From Anthoceros angustus (lineage: Eukaryota > Plantae > Anthocerotophyta): a DNA stretch of 64,000 nucleotides. The notes below the pieces were generated by a model. The model was not told where the DNA came from and did no database searches. It was given only the letters and a program-made list of their open reading frames with translations. The position numbers and the translations under genes were made by a program. This document shows, piece by piece, positions 23,201 through 37,200 of this stretch; the first letter of the stretch is position 1; every line of letters starts with the position of its first letter. The stretch is taken from NCBI GenBank assembly GCA_010909165.1, contig MU008165.1, forward strand, positions 310,001 through 374,000, in the 5' to 3' direction.

Positions 23201-24684
23201 CCATCAATAACATCAGCTTCAATACTTGAACCTGCACCATCAGTGACAGTCTCTGACTGGCCTCCCATAATGTCACTCCCCAGTGGCACAGAAGCGGAAG
23301 TTTGCTGCATGATGGAGATAATGGGGTCCACAAACCCACCAGAAACTTCAGCAGGACCAGTAGAGGAGATGGAGGGTTGTGGTTCAGCATTCTGGGAGGG
23401 CTTCGAGTCTGTAGACCAACTGCACACGTCAGCCACAAGTAATGAGATTCAGAAAAAGCACCGTTCCATCGTGTAGATTGTCTCAGATTCCAAAACATTT
23501 CTCAAGAAGAGCATGGGACAACGCTGCTTTCTACACACTACAAAAAAACTGTCCACAGACAAACCGAACGTTCAGAAAACCAAAATATCAGACCAGGCAC
23601 CAGCTGCAGTTGAACTTTCTTGAAACCCTCAGTCTGTGGAGCACAATGGACTTAACAATAAAGCAGCACAGTGAAGTACGCTAAATGGACCTCGCAGGAG
23701 AACAGGTCTTGTCAAACCCAGCTCAGAGGCTCCGAAGAAATTGGAATTCACAACCCCAAGATCACCAGTTTCGGATTAGAATTTGAAGCTGACAGGCTAG
23801 TTCAGCGACTAGGAACGATCACATGAAAATTGAATGCGATGGCGTCAGGTCTGACAACAGCAACTAAGCTAAATGGACAGGAGATAGCAGGATATCCAGG
23901 GCCCGCCGGTGACAAAGACAGGCAGCAAGACATACCGCAGCTTCGAGGACTCCACGGAGCTAATCCCTGACAGAAGATCGTCAAAACCCCTGTCAGCCTC
24001 CAACGGAGCAGAAGAACGAACGGGACCCGATCTGTTGGATGCAGGTGCAGGTTTGGGCTTGCGGTCTGTTGCCGTCGAGTATCCTCCTAGTAAATCCTCG
24101 AACTGTAAGGTGGAAGCAGCTGCCGAGCCTCCACCTCCACCTCCACCTGCACCTCCACCTCCACTTCCACTAAACACATCATCGAACACTGCCGAAGTGT
24201 TTCTGGTACCAGGCACCCCTCCGAAGATGTCGTCATCGTACACAGGAGTATCGAAAACAGGCAAATTGACGCTTTTGGACATGCCGGACTGCGGCTTGGT
24301 AGACACCCTAAAGATATCGTCGTGACTGCCATACTTGGGAGACGAGTACTTGGGAGGTCCCCCAAACACATCATCGTACCCGCTGCCTGACGCGAGCCCA
24401 AACGGATCGTCAAGATTGGTGCGAGTAGGAGCTCTGACATTGCCATTACTGCCCGCCCCAAACATATCCTCCCCAAACTCATCCAAGCTCGGCTCCAGCA
24501 CGGATCCCCTCCCATTGCCTCCATTCCTGCTGGCTCTGCCCGTGGAGCCCTCCCTCCAGCTGCTGTTGCCGCCGTTCTCCCCCCCGATCCCCAGGCCCAG
24601 GCCCCTGGAGCCCGCCATCGGGGCCGACTTCCCCTGCGGCTTCAATCCATAGTCCCGCTGCAGTATGTTGGCAAAATCCTCCAT
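20238..24684 (-). CDS. AUXI1: Auxilin-like (auxilin-related 1/2 type) J-domain clathrin-uncoating co-chaperone, multi-exon
   Basis: N-terminus [24 protein letters not shown]; DDIF/DDVF/DPF/DLL motifs; ER/AA coiled coil. Exons encode [86 protein letters not shown]...[15 protein letters not shown], and [12 protein letters not shown]-stop at 20238. GT-AG introns. One small exon between 23408 and 23936 is unresolved. Confidence 0.93.
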
Positions 24685-26129
24685 GCTGTCCCTCCAGATC
24701 GGATCAGATCGAGCGCATCACCAGCTCCAGAGCCCTGGAACCTGCGCCGGCTCGCCTCCGCTCCTGACGGGTGGGTGGGGGAGGCCAAACCCCGGCGTCA
24801 TTGCCAGCCCCCTGCCCTGGCCATGCCGATCGAGAGAGGCCAGATCCGATGCAGCAGTAGGGGATTCTCGATGTCAAAGATGAGACCGCATGAAGGCGAG
24901 CGCTGGTAGCGTGGTGGATGTGTGCGGGATCATCCCCATCACACTCTCCGTGAGTTCAATCCGGTCAGTCCTGGTCGCTGTGCGAACGCGAACCAGGTTT
25001 TGGGCCTTCCCTCCTCTTTTAGCTACCGGACAAAATCACCTTCTACTCCTCATGCTCGTGTGTACCCAGTTATTGCGATCTACTATACATCCACATATGG
25101 AAGACGGGGTCGACTCGTATCCCACACTCTACGATACCGCGTGAAACGAGAAACGACCGTTGTTCACGAGGCTCTAAAAAAACCGAGTGACTTATATGCC
25201 ACTTTCGTATTTTCCGATTAGTATGTGTGTGACCTGAATTTGTCAAACGGTTTAGGCATTGGATTTGAGTGGATAAATCAATGTCATAAGTCCTTATATT
25301 ATTATTTAAATCAAGTTAAGTTTTATTTATATATCTAATATCTCGCACTGGAGAACTCACTCTAGAGAGTTTGGTGCACCCATCCACGCGGAAAACAAAA
25401 TAAATTGTAGAAGAAGAAGAAGAATATATTATAGTGCACTTGGACGGAATTTTTCTGTCATGGGACATGGTACTTAACAACTTGTACCATGGTGTGCCCA
25501 AGCTACTTGCACCAAGGGCATCCACTCCCTTTAGGCACCCTTCTAAGAAAGAAGCTTAATAGCGGTGTTCTTATAAATGTGTGTCCATTTGGCCTAAGCC
25601 ACTTGTAATAGTGGGACATCGGTCTACTAATTCGAGATAATGTCTGTTTCCATACGATTAGAAATATTTGACAAATGTCTGGTATACTATGAGAGAACTT
25701 GCTTTAACTCTTAGTAGAGAAAAGACTTGATATGTGGGCCTGCTGGGCTAGTATTGGATAATACAGTTGCCATATTCCAATATATGTTGTGTTGTGTACG
25801 ACTTACGAATATGATCATAGTCGCCTTTCATAGTCGCCTTGCATTGTTACTAATTGCTAGCCATGGTGAGGGTTTCATTGATGTCCAAGTGCAGAGGATC
25901 ATAGAGTGAGCATTTCAGCATAGGGATACGGTCACAAGGATTGAAGCACTTACAATTGAGGCTCTAGGTTAATAGAAAGGATTAACTATTCCAAGCCTTA
26001 ATCTTGCAAGATTACATAACTATAAGGATTCCTATCAGGTATCAATTATACTAGTTCTAGGGCCCACACCTTTTCAAAAATTATATTATTTTTCGCTTTT
26101 ACTAATTTTTCAAGTTTTGATTATTACTT

Positions 26130-27600
26130 GTCGAGAACTCAAAAAGTTATTAAACTCGCCTTTACTCGCGATTCCCGCCCGGGAGGCGCCAAGGCCAGAG
26201 AGCTCGAGGCTCGAGCCCGGGAGTTCGACACACTGTGCATATATGGCCACCAGGGAAGTTCCCAGAAGTTCCCTGTGAGAGCAGCTGCCTGCCCGCCTGT
26301 AAGGCACCCGTGATTGCACAGGCCTTGAGAAGGCAAGAAAATGTGATGTGGTTACCTACAATCAGAGCATCCTGCTCCATTGGCCATACAGAACAAGCGC
26401 CTCTTGCCTGAGGCCATGATTTGGATATCCAGCTATCAGGGCATTCTGTCACCACAGCCTCTGAGGCCGAGGTGTCAAAACCGGACGTGCATCTTGCAGT
26501 TCGCCACCCTTTGCATACATGTCCACCAGGAAAGTACCCACAAGTATGTTCAGTAGTTGTCCACATTCTCTAAGCTGAGAGTGCAGCTGCCTGCCCAGTA
26601 ATTGCACAGGCCTTGAGGAGGCAAGCAAAAATAACATGGTTACCCACAATCAGGCCCTCCTGCTCCATTTGTGCACACAGAACAAGGCCCACTTGGCCCA
26701 GGCCATGATTTGCATACCCAGATAGCAGGGGATTCCACGTCCCCACATCCTATGTGTCCAAGCTGTCGAAAACCCTGCATGATCTTCCAGTTCGCCACAT
26801 TTTACGTACATGTCCACCAGGCAGCTGCCATCACTGAAGTTAGGAGGAATGCCACTCTGCAACACATCACTATGCACTTTTCTGCCAGATTCCGAGTCCG
26901 CAACGGATGCACAAGCTTCAAGGACTGCTACACAGACGAGAGGATTTGCCTTCTCAGCTGAGCGGAGATTATGGGAAACCACAAAAAGGCATCTGGTTTG
27001 CCCATCCTGTTGAACACATCCATGGCCTCCTGTAGCCTACCTCGACTTGCATACATGCGTAAGACACGGTTTCCCACGGATGCATTTGACTCGAACCCAA
27101 GTTTGAGAGTGAGATGATGAACTCGCCGTGCCACACCCGCATCCTTCCTTGTCTGCACATAGTTTAAGCACTCTACAGAACAGAAGGTAAGAAATAGGGA
27201 CAGAGATTCCAGGGCTCCAACGGGCTCAGTAAGCTTCCCCTGCTGACATAGCGTGTTCACTATTGCAGCTGTTACAGCGCTGAAGGAAAGTCACCATTCC
27301 CAATCTGCATATCCAAAGAAACGAGCAGGCTGCTCATCCACCCAAGCTAGCCTGAATGTGTTGTCTAACTAGAGGACCTCGCCAGCGGGCCTCCTCGGTG
27401 TGCTGATTTCCTTACAGTGCTGCACCTGGAGGCCTAGATGTTTGCCACCGCACTGACTCCCTAAGGTGATTTGAGCGGGAGCCGCTGGTAGCATCCCTGC
27501 ACACCCACCAATCTTGTCCGATCCACAAGGGATCTGGTTGCCATACTGTGGACATCTTACAGGCACACTGTCGGAGGATGAGACATATGGCTTGGTCATG
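26130..27600 (-). pseudogene. PLS-class PPR protein pseudogene, copy 1
   Basis: ESNASVGNRVLRMYASRGRLQEAMDVFNRMGKPDAFLW, VAVLEAC...GSCLVDMYVKCGELED, LVDMYAKGGELQDAR and ITFSCLLKAC, with multiple frameshifts and stops. Confidence 0.88.
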
Positions 27601-27714
27601 TGGAATGGGTGCAGAAAACTGCTGGTGAATTCACCCAAAGGTGAGGAAAAAAATTGCGTATACGATAGGCTGCTAAAGAATCTTCAAGCACGTCGTGCGC
27701 CCGGCAAAACAAGC

Positions 27715-30700
27715 TCATCTAGCTTGGGGCGCTATACTCGCAAGGAAAACTTGGGAAGGCAGGTCTATGCTGTAGGAGGCGGAGCTGGGCGTAACCTCGG
27801 AAGTGGGATTTGGGAGGACGTTGTCGCTGAACGTCTTACCGCTAGACTGGACCGATCCTCCTCGTCGTTCTCTGGACTCCAGTTCCAGAGTTTGGGCGAG
27901 CTCGCTCACCACTCTGCTCATACCAGGTCTGGCAGACGGAGCAGGTGGCACGCACCTCATGGCTATGTCGGCAAACCTCCACAACGACTCTACCTTGCAG
28001 TTACCTCGCAGAGCCGGATCCACCACTGGTAACAAACTTCCAGTGTTCATAGCGGCTCTCACCTGCCAAATCAACTTGGCACACACAACCATGACTTCCT
28101 GCTGTAGATCTTCGACATGCAGGCAAGAGAAGGTAGGACTCTCACCCTTTCGACGATGGCCCCTCCTTGTGAAATGGGCGGCTGTCCACACAAGATCTCC
28201 AACAACACCACTCCAAAACTGTACACATCGCTCTTGTCGGTGAGCATGCCAGTTGTGTAGTACCTGTGAACACGCCCACCATTACCAGCTGCAGAGGGTT
28301 TCCAGGACTTGTGCAACATCCATGCTTGTAGAGTGGGTGAGAAAACAACTCACTCAGGATCCAGGTATCCTAGCGTGCCCTTCACCATGGTCTGAACGGG
28401 AATTTTTCCATCCACTGTGAGCTTGACAACCTGAAGTCCGCCACTTTGGCTTCTAGTTTGCTATTCAGGAGGATGTTGCTGCTCTTGACATCCCTGTGGA
28501 AGATTGCTGGGTTGCAACCATGGTGCAAATATTCCAGACCTGCCCACCGACAGCAAGTCAGTACCTCTTTATCTTCCACTAGGATGTAAGGCAAGTCCAG
28601 CGGGACGATTTGGACAGTCAACTGGAGTTACCTTTAGCAGCGTCCAGGGCTATCTGCAGTCTCTGTGTCCAGTTCAGTGGAGAGTCCTGTGCGTCTTTGC
28701 TACCTGCAAGCCGTTGAGTGCACAGCACGAGTACACTGAGCTCACAGCATTTGAGGGACTGAGTTGGGAGATCGTCAGTGTTGGAAATTGGAATCCGAAG
28801 GAAAGGAGAAAAGATAGTTTTGATGTAACAAACAATGGGTGAGGGCCAAAACTGGGAACTACCATACAAGCGGGCTCGAAGATCTCCTCCAGACATAAAC
28901 TCATACAGAAGAATGAGTTCCTTTCCTTCCTGACAGTACCCAACAAGTGACACCAGTTTTTTGTAGTGCACCGTTGACAGAAGATCGATCTAGGGAACAA
29001 CCACCAGCAAACCGTCAGGCCTCCTACAACGCCCTCCCGGGAAGGCATCTTCAAAGAAATTCAAGCTTTAGTCCGAGACTCCAAGATGCGTGCAACATAT
29101 GGAATGAAAGGGGTGTACACCAGTCTGGAATGCCTACCTCATTGGCGAACTCGGACAACCCTTGCCGGGATTTTTCGGACATGACTTTTACGGCAACTTC
29201 ACGGCCCTCGAGCAGCCCATAATACACTGGCCCAAAGCCGCCCTCCCAATTTTCCTTGCAAAATTGTTTGTAGCTTCTAACTGTGCTCAGAGCATATGGC
29301 TGACCTTTTCTAGCAGGATGATGGATCGACCTGGTCGGTTTCTTCCGGCAGCAGAACCAAAGGACGAGGGAAACTATGAAAAGGAGGACCAAGACACCTC
29401 CCACAACGCCACCAATAACCGGCCCAATGGAACTTTTGCGATTGGGCTTACTGCCGCTCCCTCCAGATGTCCCTGGGGGTGGGCTCCTTGTTCCAGTGGG
29501 TGGTGCAGTAGGTGGTGGTGGGCTCGTTGTTCCAGTGGGTGGTGAGCAAACTGCATTCGCGTAAGGAACACACTGAAGCTGAAGATTACCAGAATACCTA
29601 CAACAGAACAGCCAACCTGAACATGAACTGGTCTTTCATGTCTTCACAAGTGCAATTGAGAAGAGTAGCAAGCTGCTTAGGGGTTGAAACTGTGACACTC
29701 GTTAGCCTTCACCTGAAGTCAGTGATCTTGGTGATGTAGGTGGCAGGGAAGGTGCCATCCAAGTTGTTGTTACTGACATCCCTGGACCACGGCGGAAGCT
29801 CGTTTCAAGATCAACATGCCAAACTCATGATAACGCAAGTTATAAATGCATACGCAGACATTCCAGATGCGCACGAAGTCCAGGTCGCACTTACAAAGTT
29901 TTCAAGGAAGAAAGCTGTGCGACCCAAGTGGGCAAAGGGCCAGAGAATTGGTTGTCAGATAGGTTCCTGTCAGTTGCAACCAGACACCCAACATCAGTTG
30001 GGGCAGTACTCAAACGCAAGCAGCACGCCCTCATTATCATCGCTTGCACAACTATATCTCAAGCTCCGGGACCCAGTTCCCTTCGCCTGCTGTCATGCAA
30101 ACTGAGTTGCCAGGGTCACAGGGGCATGGACTACAGGTTTTGAAGAGCTGCCAGGCCTGAAATGACTATCGGAATCGGGCCGCGGAGTCCCTTGCCCGAG
30201 AGATCCCTGCAAACATTGGCAACACGTACACAGTCAATCGCTGTCTTGTGTACACTGACATGCCTGCAGGCCAACATGTGCTGGGTAGAACTTCACAAGG
30301 CTGTCACTGCATTGTCGGTACAGAGGACTTCATCCCAAGGCACAGGATTGCACGGATCCCCCGTCCACCGACTGTAGTTCAAAGCTAGCTTTAACCCAGC
30401 CAGCGCAGCGACTGCAATGAAGCACCCACATCATTAGCAGAAAAAGCCATGGAAACGACCAATCAGGGGACCTTCTCCAGGAACTCACCATCGTCCGCAT
30501 TTGCAGGTGATCCCAGTGGGATGATCTGATACACCTCGACTGCGTTCATAATCGGGGGCAGGTCCGTGTAGGCATCAGGAACCAAAGTGAACACCAGTGA
30601 TGGGTCAGTCTCAGGAACCGTGTAATTGTGTGCTCCAAACTCGTACACAGAGAGAGGAGGAAGAAGAGCTGTGAGATTGAGAACATAGCCCGGTGGAGGC

Positions 30701-32115
30701 CTGTAGTTGAAATTCGGGACGAAGTCCATTACACGGCTGCAAAACCCCAAACCGGGCATGAGCAGCCAGAAGTACTAATGGCCATGAGGTGAAGAAGAAA
30801 ACAAAGCAGGGAATGGTCCGAGCTGAAGTCACCTGAGTCCCGAGGTCCCAGTATTGTTGATCTCGGCAAAGAAAAGAAAGGCATAAACTTGAGGAGAGGT
30901 GTTGTTGTAGACCTCCAGAGTGACGGAGTAGTTGAGAAGATTGGGATCCGTGATGGCTGACTGCATGACAATGGGGGGAGGGTGGTCTGCCTGATAGTTC
31001 CCATCGTAGACAATCTGGGTAGGAGAGTGAGGATACCCAGGAGTAAAAATGCTCGTGTAAGTATCACCAGCGCTCCTTGCCAAGGGCGGCCATATCCGAT
31101 CAAAATTATCTTGAGGATACCTGCATTACGCAAACAAAGACTCCACGTCATGCCAGGGCCCATGAATTGAGGTGCACATTGGTCGGACCTTCATAGACAG
31201 AGACAGACAGATATCCAACCTGTACGTGGTCACCTGCTCCCCAAAGTTGCGGCGGATGAGCAGGGGCATGATGTTGGTCTCCGCCGTCATTGTGGCGATA
31301 TACGCGTCGCGATTGATGGGCCTGAGCTCCAGGGTGTTGATGAAGGGGTCGCTGCTGTCGGTGCGGATCAAGCAGACGCTGATGTGGGGCCTGGTAGTGA
31401 TGAGCAGGACCTCGTACGTGGAGGACGTATTGGGAGTGGTGTCAATGGTGACGTGCGTCCAGAACGTCTCCTCCACAGCAAGCTGCCGCCATAGCACCAT
31501 GCATATCACACACACCGGCCTGTCCAGAAACCAGAAATGCAGGGGAACCCAAAGCCGAATTCAGGGAAACGGAGGCAGCGGTGCCAGTACCTCGAAGTTG
31601 ATCCCGGATGCGGGCACCGACGTAGTGTAGCCCCCGAAGTAGAACCAGGCTCGCACCAGGTACTGCATGTTGAGTAAGGCGGGGATGTCGTAGCAGTTCT
31701 TGGTGGGCGATGATGCCGCAGGGAAGTACCGGAGCGTGGTGAGATCCGACACAACGGCATCTCCGGTGGACGCGGCCACGCCCGTGGAGATGAGGCGTGC
31801 GTCGCTGTGGAACGTGAGATTCGTGTGGGGATTCAGGTACGCGGATCCCACGGGCGCGCCGCAGTCGATGTTGATGAATCCTGCACACGCGCATTCCGGC
31901 ATCCAGGTGCTGGATATCTAATTCGGAGGCAGATTTGCAGGCATCAGCTGCTGCTGCTGCTGCGGCTGCAGCGCGCACTCACCTGTGCTGATCTGGGCAT
32001 TTGCAATGCGGTGCAGACTGTGCGGCAGAGAGATCCACACAGCGCATAGCAGAAAAATCCTCCAGATTCCAGCGCGGGATTCCATCGCGGGGAGCTGGGA
32101 GACGGCAATCGCCAT
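27715..32115 (-). CDS. Malectin-like domain LRR receptor-like kinase (LRR-I type), copy 1; DFR kinase; apparent frameshifts (possible pseudogene or sequencing error)
   Basis: ~15 exons: signal peptide, [50 protein letters not shown], 3 LRRs, SPPP stalk, [50 protein letters not shown]. Homopolymer deletions at ~28425, ~29246 and ~29277. Confidence 0.88.
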
Positions 32116-32486
32116 CGCTGCCTGCTCCTGTCCACCAGCCCCGGACTTGAGTACTCGAGTTCTCAAGTCCCCGCGGCAGCGGCAGGGCGAAATTCTGACC
32201 GGAAAGACCGGCGCTTCGCGACCGGCCTGGACGGTAGACCGGTGGTCATGGGACCGGATGCTTTGACACCCGAAATGTGAAGTGAAATATTAAAAAACTC
32301 TGAAAGCAATTCTAATTAGGAAACCTGGCTACTTAGAAGAAGAAGAATTTTACTTAAGTCCACTAAGGACGGATTTTACCAAGTTCATTCACGGATTTTA
32401 CCAAGTTCATTCTGTACAATGGATGCCACAGGTGTGGGACATTGCTCCAACAAGCGTACTGCATGAAATGTGCGAGGTGGAAGGGC

Positions 32487-32542
32487 TGCACCGGGGCACC
32501 GGGGCACCGGGACACCGGGGCACCGGGGAACCGGAGCACCGG
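32487..32542. repeat. 9-bp minisatellite (gcaccgggg) x ~6
   Basis: gcaccggggcaccggggcaccgggacaccggggcaccggggaaccggagcaccgg. Confidence 0.85.
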
Positions 32543-32609
32543 AAGGCAGCCTGAGCTAAGTACATATCTGCAACTTAATCCGGCAACTTGTTCAGTATGT
32601 TATCTACCA

Positions 32610-34005
32610 GTCCTCTTCCACAATTTGTGAGTGCATCAGCCTGCCTTCCTGTAAGGAACCCGTAATTGCACAGGCCTTGAGAAAGCAAGAGAGAGTGATA
32701 CATTTAACTACAATCAGGCCCTCCTGCTCCATTGTCCACACACCACAAGAGCCTCTGCCCGAGTCCATGATCTGCATATCCAGCCATTAGGGCATTCCAT
32801 GCCACCACAGCCTTTGAGGCCAACATGACAAAGCCCGACGTGCATCTTGCAATTCCCCACACTTTGGAGACGTGTGTCCACCAGGCAAGTTACTTACCCA
32901 CAAGTATGTTCAGTAGCTGTCCACTTTCTATGAGAGTACAGGTAAGGCCCACCAACCCATTGCACAGGCCTAGAGATGGCAAGCAAGTTACCCACCTCTA
33001 GGCCCGCCTGCACCATTTCTGCAGACAGGACAAGAATCTCTTGGCCCAGGCCGTGGTTTGCATACCCAGATACGGATATCAGGGCTTTCCACGTCACCAC
33101 ATCCTCTGTGGCCAAGCTGTCCAAAACTCTGCCTGCATCTTCCACTTTGCCATATTTTCCATACATGTGCTCCAGGCAGCTGCCAACAAACAGCTTGGGA
33201 GGAATGCCACCGTGCGACACGTCACATTGTACTTATCTGCCAGATTCCAAGTCCGCAATGGAAGCTTGAAGGACAGCTGCAAAGATGAGAGGATCACATG
33301 GTACACTTGTATGGCGTCCCAGGCCATGAGCGGGGATTATGGAAAGCACATGTTATGTGGATGTGGCCACATAAAGGCACCTGGTTTCCCCATCCTGTTG
33401 AACAAATCCATGGCCTCCCGTAGCCTACCTCGACATGCATACATGCGAAGACACGGTTTCCCCACGGATGCATTTGACTCGAACCCGAGACAGTGAGATG
33501 ATAACTCGCCGTCTGACACCCACATCCTTCCTTGTCTGCAGTTTGAGCACTGTACAGAACAGAGGCTGACAAGTAAGAAAGCGTGTGTGCGACAGAGATT
33601 ACAGCCTTGTTGGAGCCCTGTAATTTACAGGGCTCCAACAGGCTCAACAAGCTTCCCTTGCTGACATAACGTGTTCACTATTGCAGCTGTTGTGGCGCTG
33701 AAGGAAACACACCCTTCCCCATCTGCATATTCTAGGAAACGAGCTGCTCGTCCACCATGGTGGCTTCAATGTGTTGTTCAAGCAGAGGACCTCGACAGCG
33801 GGCCTTCTGTGTATACTAATTTCCTTACGCTGCTGCACTGGGAGGCCTGCTTGTTTGCCACCGACTGACTCCCTAAGATGGAGGTGAGAGGGAGCTGCTG
33901 GTTGAATCCCTGTAAACCCACCAATTTTGTTCAATCCAAAGGGATCCGGTTGCCATACTGTGGCCAGCTTACACGCACGCTCTTGGACGATGAGACGCAT
34001 GGCAC
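32610..34005 (-). pseudogene. PLS-class PPR pseudogene, copy 2
   Basis: LRMYACRGRLREAMDLFNRMGKP and VGSCLEHMYGKYGKVEDAGRVLDSLATEDVVTWKALI...GYANHGLG. Colinear with copy 1 and frameshifted. Confidence 0.88.
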
Positions 34006-34218
34006 TGTCTTGTGAAAGGGCTGCAGAAAAAGCGCTGGCTCAACAAGGGAGTTTTAGCATCACTTGTCTGTTTGCTGCCTAAAGGTTGCGCATTGGTTGT
34101 TTCATTGGTAGTGAGATTCCAACGATGTGGTCCAACCGAGACACTTGCTTGTCACATGGCAAACTACAATAGACTGCTGGAGAATCTTGAAGCACCTCGT
34201 GCTCCGGCAAAAAGACGC

Positions 34219-37200
34219 TCATCTAGCCTGGGGCGCAATACTCGCAAGGAAAATTTGGGAAGGCTGGGCTGTGCTGTAGGAGGTGGAGTCGGACATAACC
34301 TCGGACGTGGGATTTGGGGGGACGTTGTCGCTGAACGCCTTACCGTTAGACTGGACCGATTCTCCTCGTCCTTCTCCGGACTCCAGTTCCAGAGTTTGAG
34401 TGAGCTCGCTCACCACAATAGTCATGCCAGGTCGGGCAGAAGGAACAGGTCGCACGCACCTCATGGCTATGTCGGCAAACCTCCACAATGACTCTAGCTT
34501 GTAATTTCCTCGCAGAGCCGGATCTACCACTGGTAGCAAATTTCCAGTGCTCAAAGCGACTCTCACCTGCCAAATCAACTTGGCACACACAACCATGACG
34601 TCCTGCTGTAGATCATCGACATGCAGGCAAGAGAAGGTAGGACTCTCACCCTTTCGACGATGGGACCTTCTTGTGAAATGGGCGGCTGTCCACACAAGAT
34701 CTCCAACAACACCACTCCAAAACTGTACACATCGCTCTTGTCGGTGAGCATGCCAGTTGTGTAGTACCTGTGAACACGCCCACCATTACCAGCCGCAGAG
34801 GGTTTCCATGCCAGGACTTGTGCAACATCCATGCTTGTAGAGTGGGTGAGAAAACAACTCACTCAGGATCCAGGTATCCTAGCGTGCCCTTCACCATGGT
34901 CTGAACGGGAATTTTTCCATCCACTGTGAGCTTGGACAACCTGAAGTCCGCCACTTTGGCTTCTAGTTTGCTATTCAGGAGGATGTTGCTGCTCTTGACA
35001 TCCCTGTGGAAGATTGCTGGGTTGCAACCATGGTGCAAATATTCCAGACCTGCCCACCGACAGCAAGTCAGTACCTCTTTATCTTCCACTAGGATGTAAG
35101 GCAAGTCCAGCGGGACGATTTGGACAGTCAACTGGAGTTACCTCTAGCAGCGTCCAGAGCTATCTGCAGTCTCTGTGTCCAGTTCAGTGGAGAGTCCTGA
35201 GCGTCTTTGCTACCTGCAAGCCGTTGAGTGCACAGCACGAGTACACTGAGCTCACAGCATTTGAGCGACTGAGTTGGGAGATCGTCAGTGTTGGAAATTG
35301 GAATCCGAAGGAAAGGAGAAAAGATAGTTTTGATGTAACAAACAATGGGTGAGGGCCAAAAGTGGGAACTACCATACAAGCGGGCTCGAAGATCTCCTCC
35401 AGACATAAACTCATACAGAAGAATGAGTTCCTTTCCTTCCTGACAGTACCCAACAAGTGACACCAGTTTTTTGTAGTGCACCGTTGACAGAAGATCGATC
35501 TAGGGAACAACCACCAGCAAACCGTCAGGCCTACAACAACGCCCTCCCGGGAAGGCATCTTCAAAGCAGTTCAAGCTTTAGTCTGAGAGTCCAAGATGCG
35601 TGCAACATATGGCATGAAAGGGACACCAGTGTGGAATGCCTACCTCATTGGAGAACTCGGACAACCCTTGCCGGGACTTTTCGGACATGACTTTTACGGC
35701 AACTTCACGGCCCTCGAGCAGCCCATAATACACTGGCCCAAAGCCGCCCTCCCCAATTTTCCTTGCAAAATTGTTTGTAGCTTCCCTAACTGTGCTCAGA
35801 GCATATGGCTGACCTTTTCTAGCAGGATGATGGATCGACCTGGTCGGTTTCTTCCGGCAGCAGAACCAAAGGACGAGGGAAACTATGAAAAGGAGGACCA
35901 AGACACCTCCCACAACGCCACCAATAACCGGCCCAATGGAACTTTTGCGATTGGGCTTACTGCCGCTCCCTCCAGATGTCCCTGGGGGTGGGCTCCTTGT
36001 TCCAGTGGGTGGTGCAGTAGGTGGTGGCGGGCTCGTTGTTCCAGAGGGTGGTGGGCAAACTGCATTCCCGTAAGGAACACACTGAAGCTGAAGATTACCA
36101 GAATACCTACAACAGAACAGCCAACCTGAACATGAACTGGGCTTTCATGTTTTCACAAGTGCAATTGAGAAGAGTAGCAAGCTGCTTAGAGGTTGAAACT
36201 GTGACACTCGTTAGCCTTCACCTGAAGTCAGTGAACTTGGTGATGTAGGTGGCAGGGAAGGTGCCATCCAAGTTGTTGTTACTGACATCCCTGGACCACG
36301 GCGGAAGCTCGTTTCAAGATCAACATGCCAAACTCATGATAGCACAAGAAATAAGCGCACGAAGTCCAGGGCTCACTCACAAAGTTTTCAAAGAAAAAAG
36401 TTGTGCGACCCAAGTGGGCAAAGGGCCAGAGAATTGGTTGTCAGATAGGTTCCTGTCAGTTGCAACCAGACACCCAACATTAGTTGGGGCAGTACTCAAA
36501 CGCAAGCAGCACGCCCTCATCATGATCGCTTGCACAACTATATCTCAAGCTCCGGGACCCAGTTCCCTTCGCCTGCTGTCATGCAAACTGAGTTGCCAGG
36601 GTCACAGGGGCATGGACTACAGGTTTTGAAGAGCTGCCAGGCCTGAAATGGCTATCGGAATCGGGCCGCTGAGTCCCTTGCCCGAGAGATCCCTGCAAAC
36701 ATTAGCAACACGTACACAGTCAATTGCTGTCTTGTACAAGTACACTGACATGCCTGCAGGCCAACATGTGCTGGGTAGAACTTCACAAGGCTGTCACTGC
36801 ATTGTCGGTACAGAGGACTTCATCCCAAGGCACAGGATTGCACGGATCCCCGTCCACCGACTGTAGTTCAAAGCTAGCTTTAACCCAGCCAGCGCAGCGA
36901 CTGCAATGAAGCACCCACATCATTAGCAGAAAAGCCATGGAAACGACCAAACAGGGGACCTTCTCCAGGAACTCACCATCGTCCGCATTTGCAGGTGATC
37001 CCAGTGGGATGATCTGATACACCTCGACTGCGTTCATAATCGGGGGCAGGTCCGTGTGGGCATCAGGAACCAAAGTGAACACCAGAGAGGGGTCAGTCTC
37101 AGGAACAGTGTAACGTTTTGCTCCAAACTCGTACACATTGAGCGGAGGAACAAGAGCTGTGAGATTGAGAACGTAGCCCGGTGGAGGCAAGTAGTTGAAA

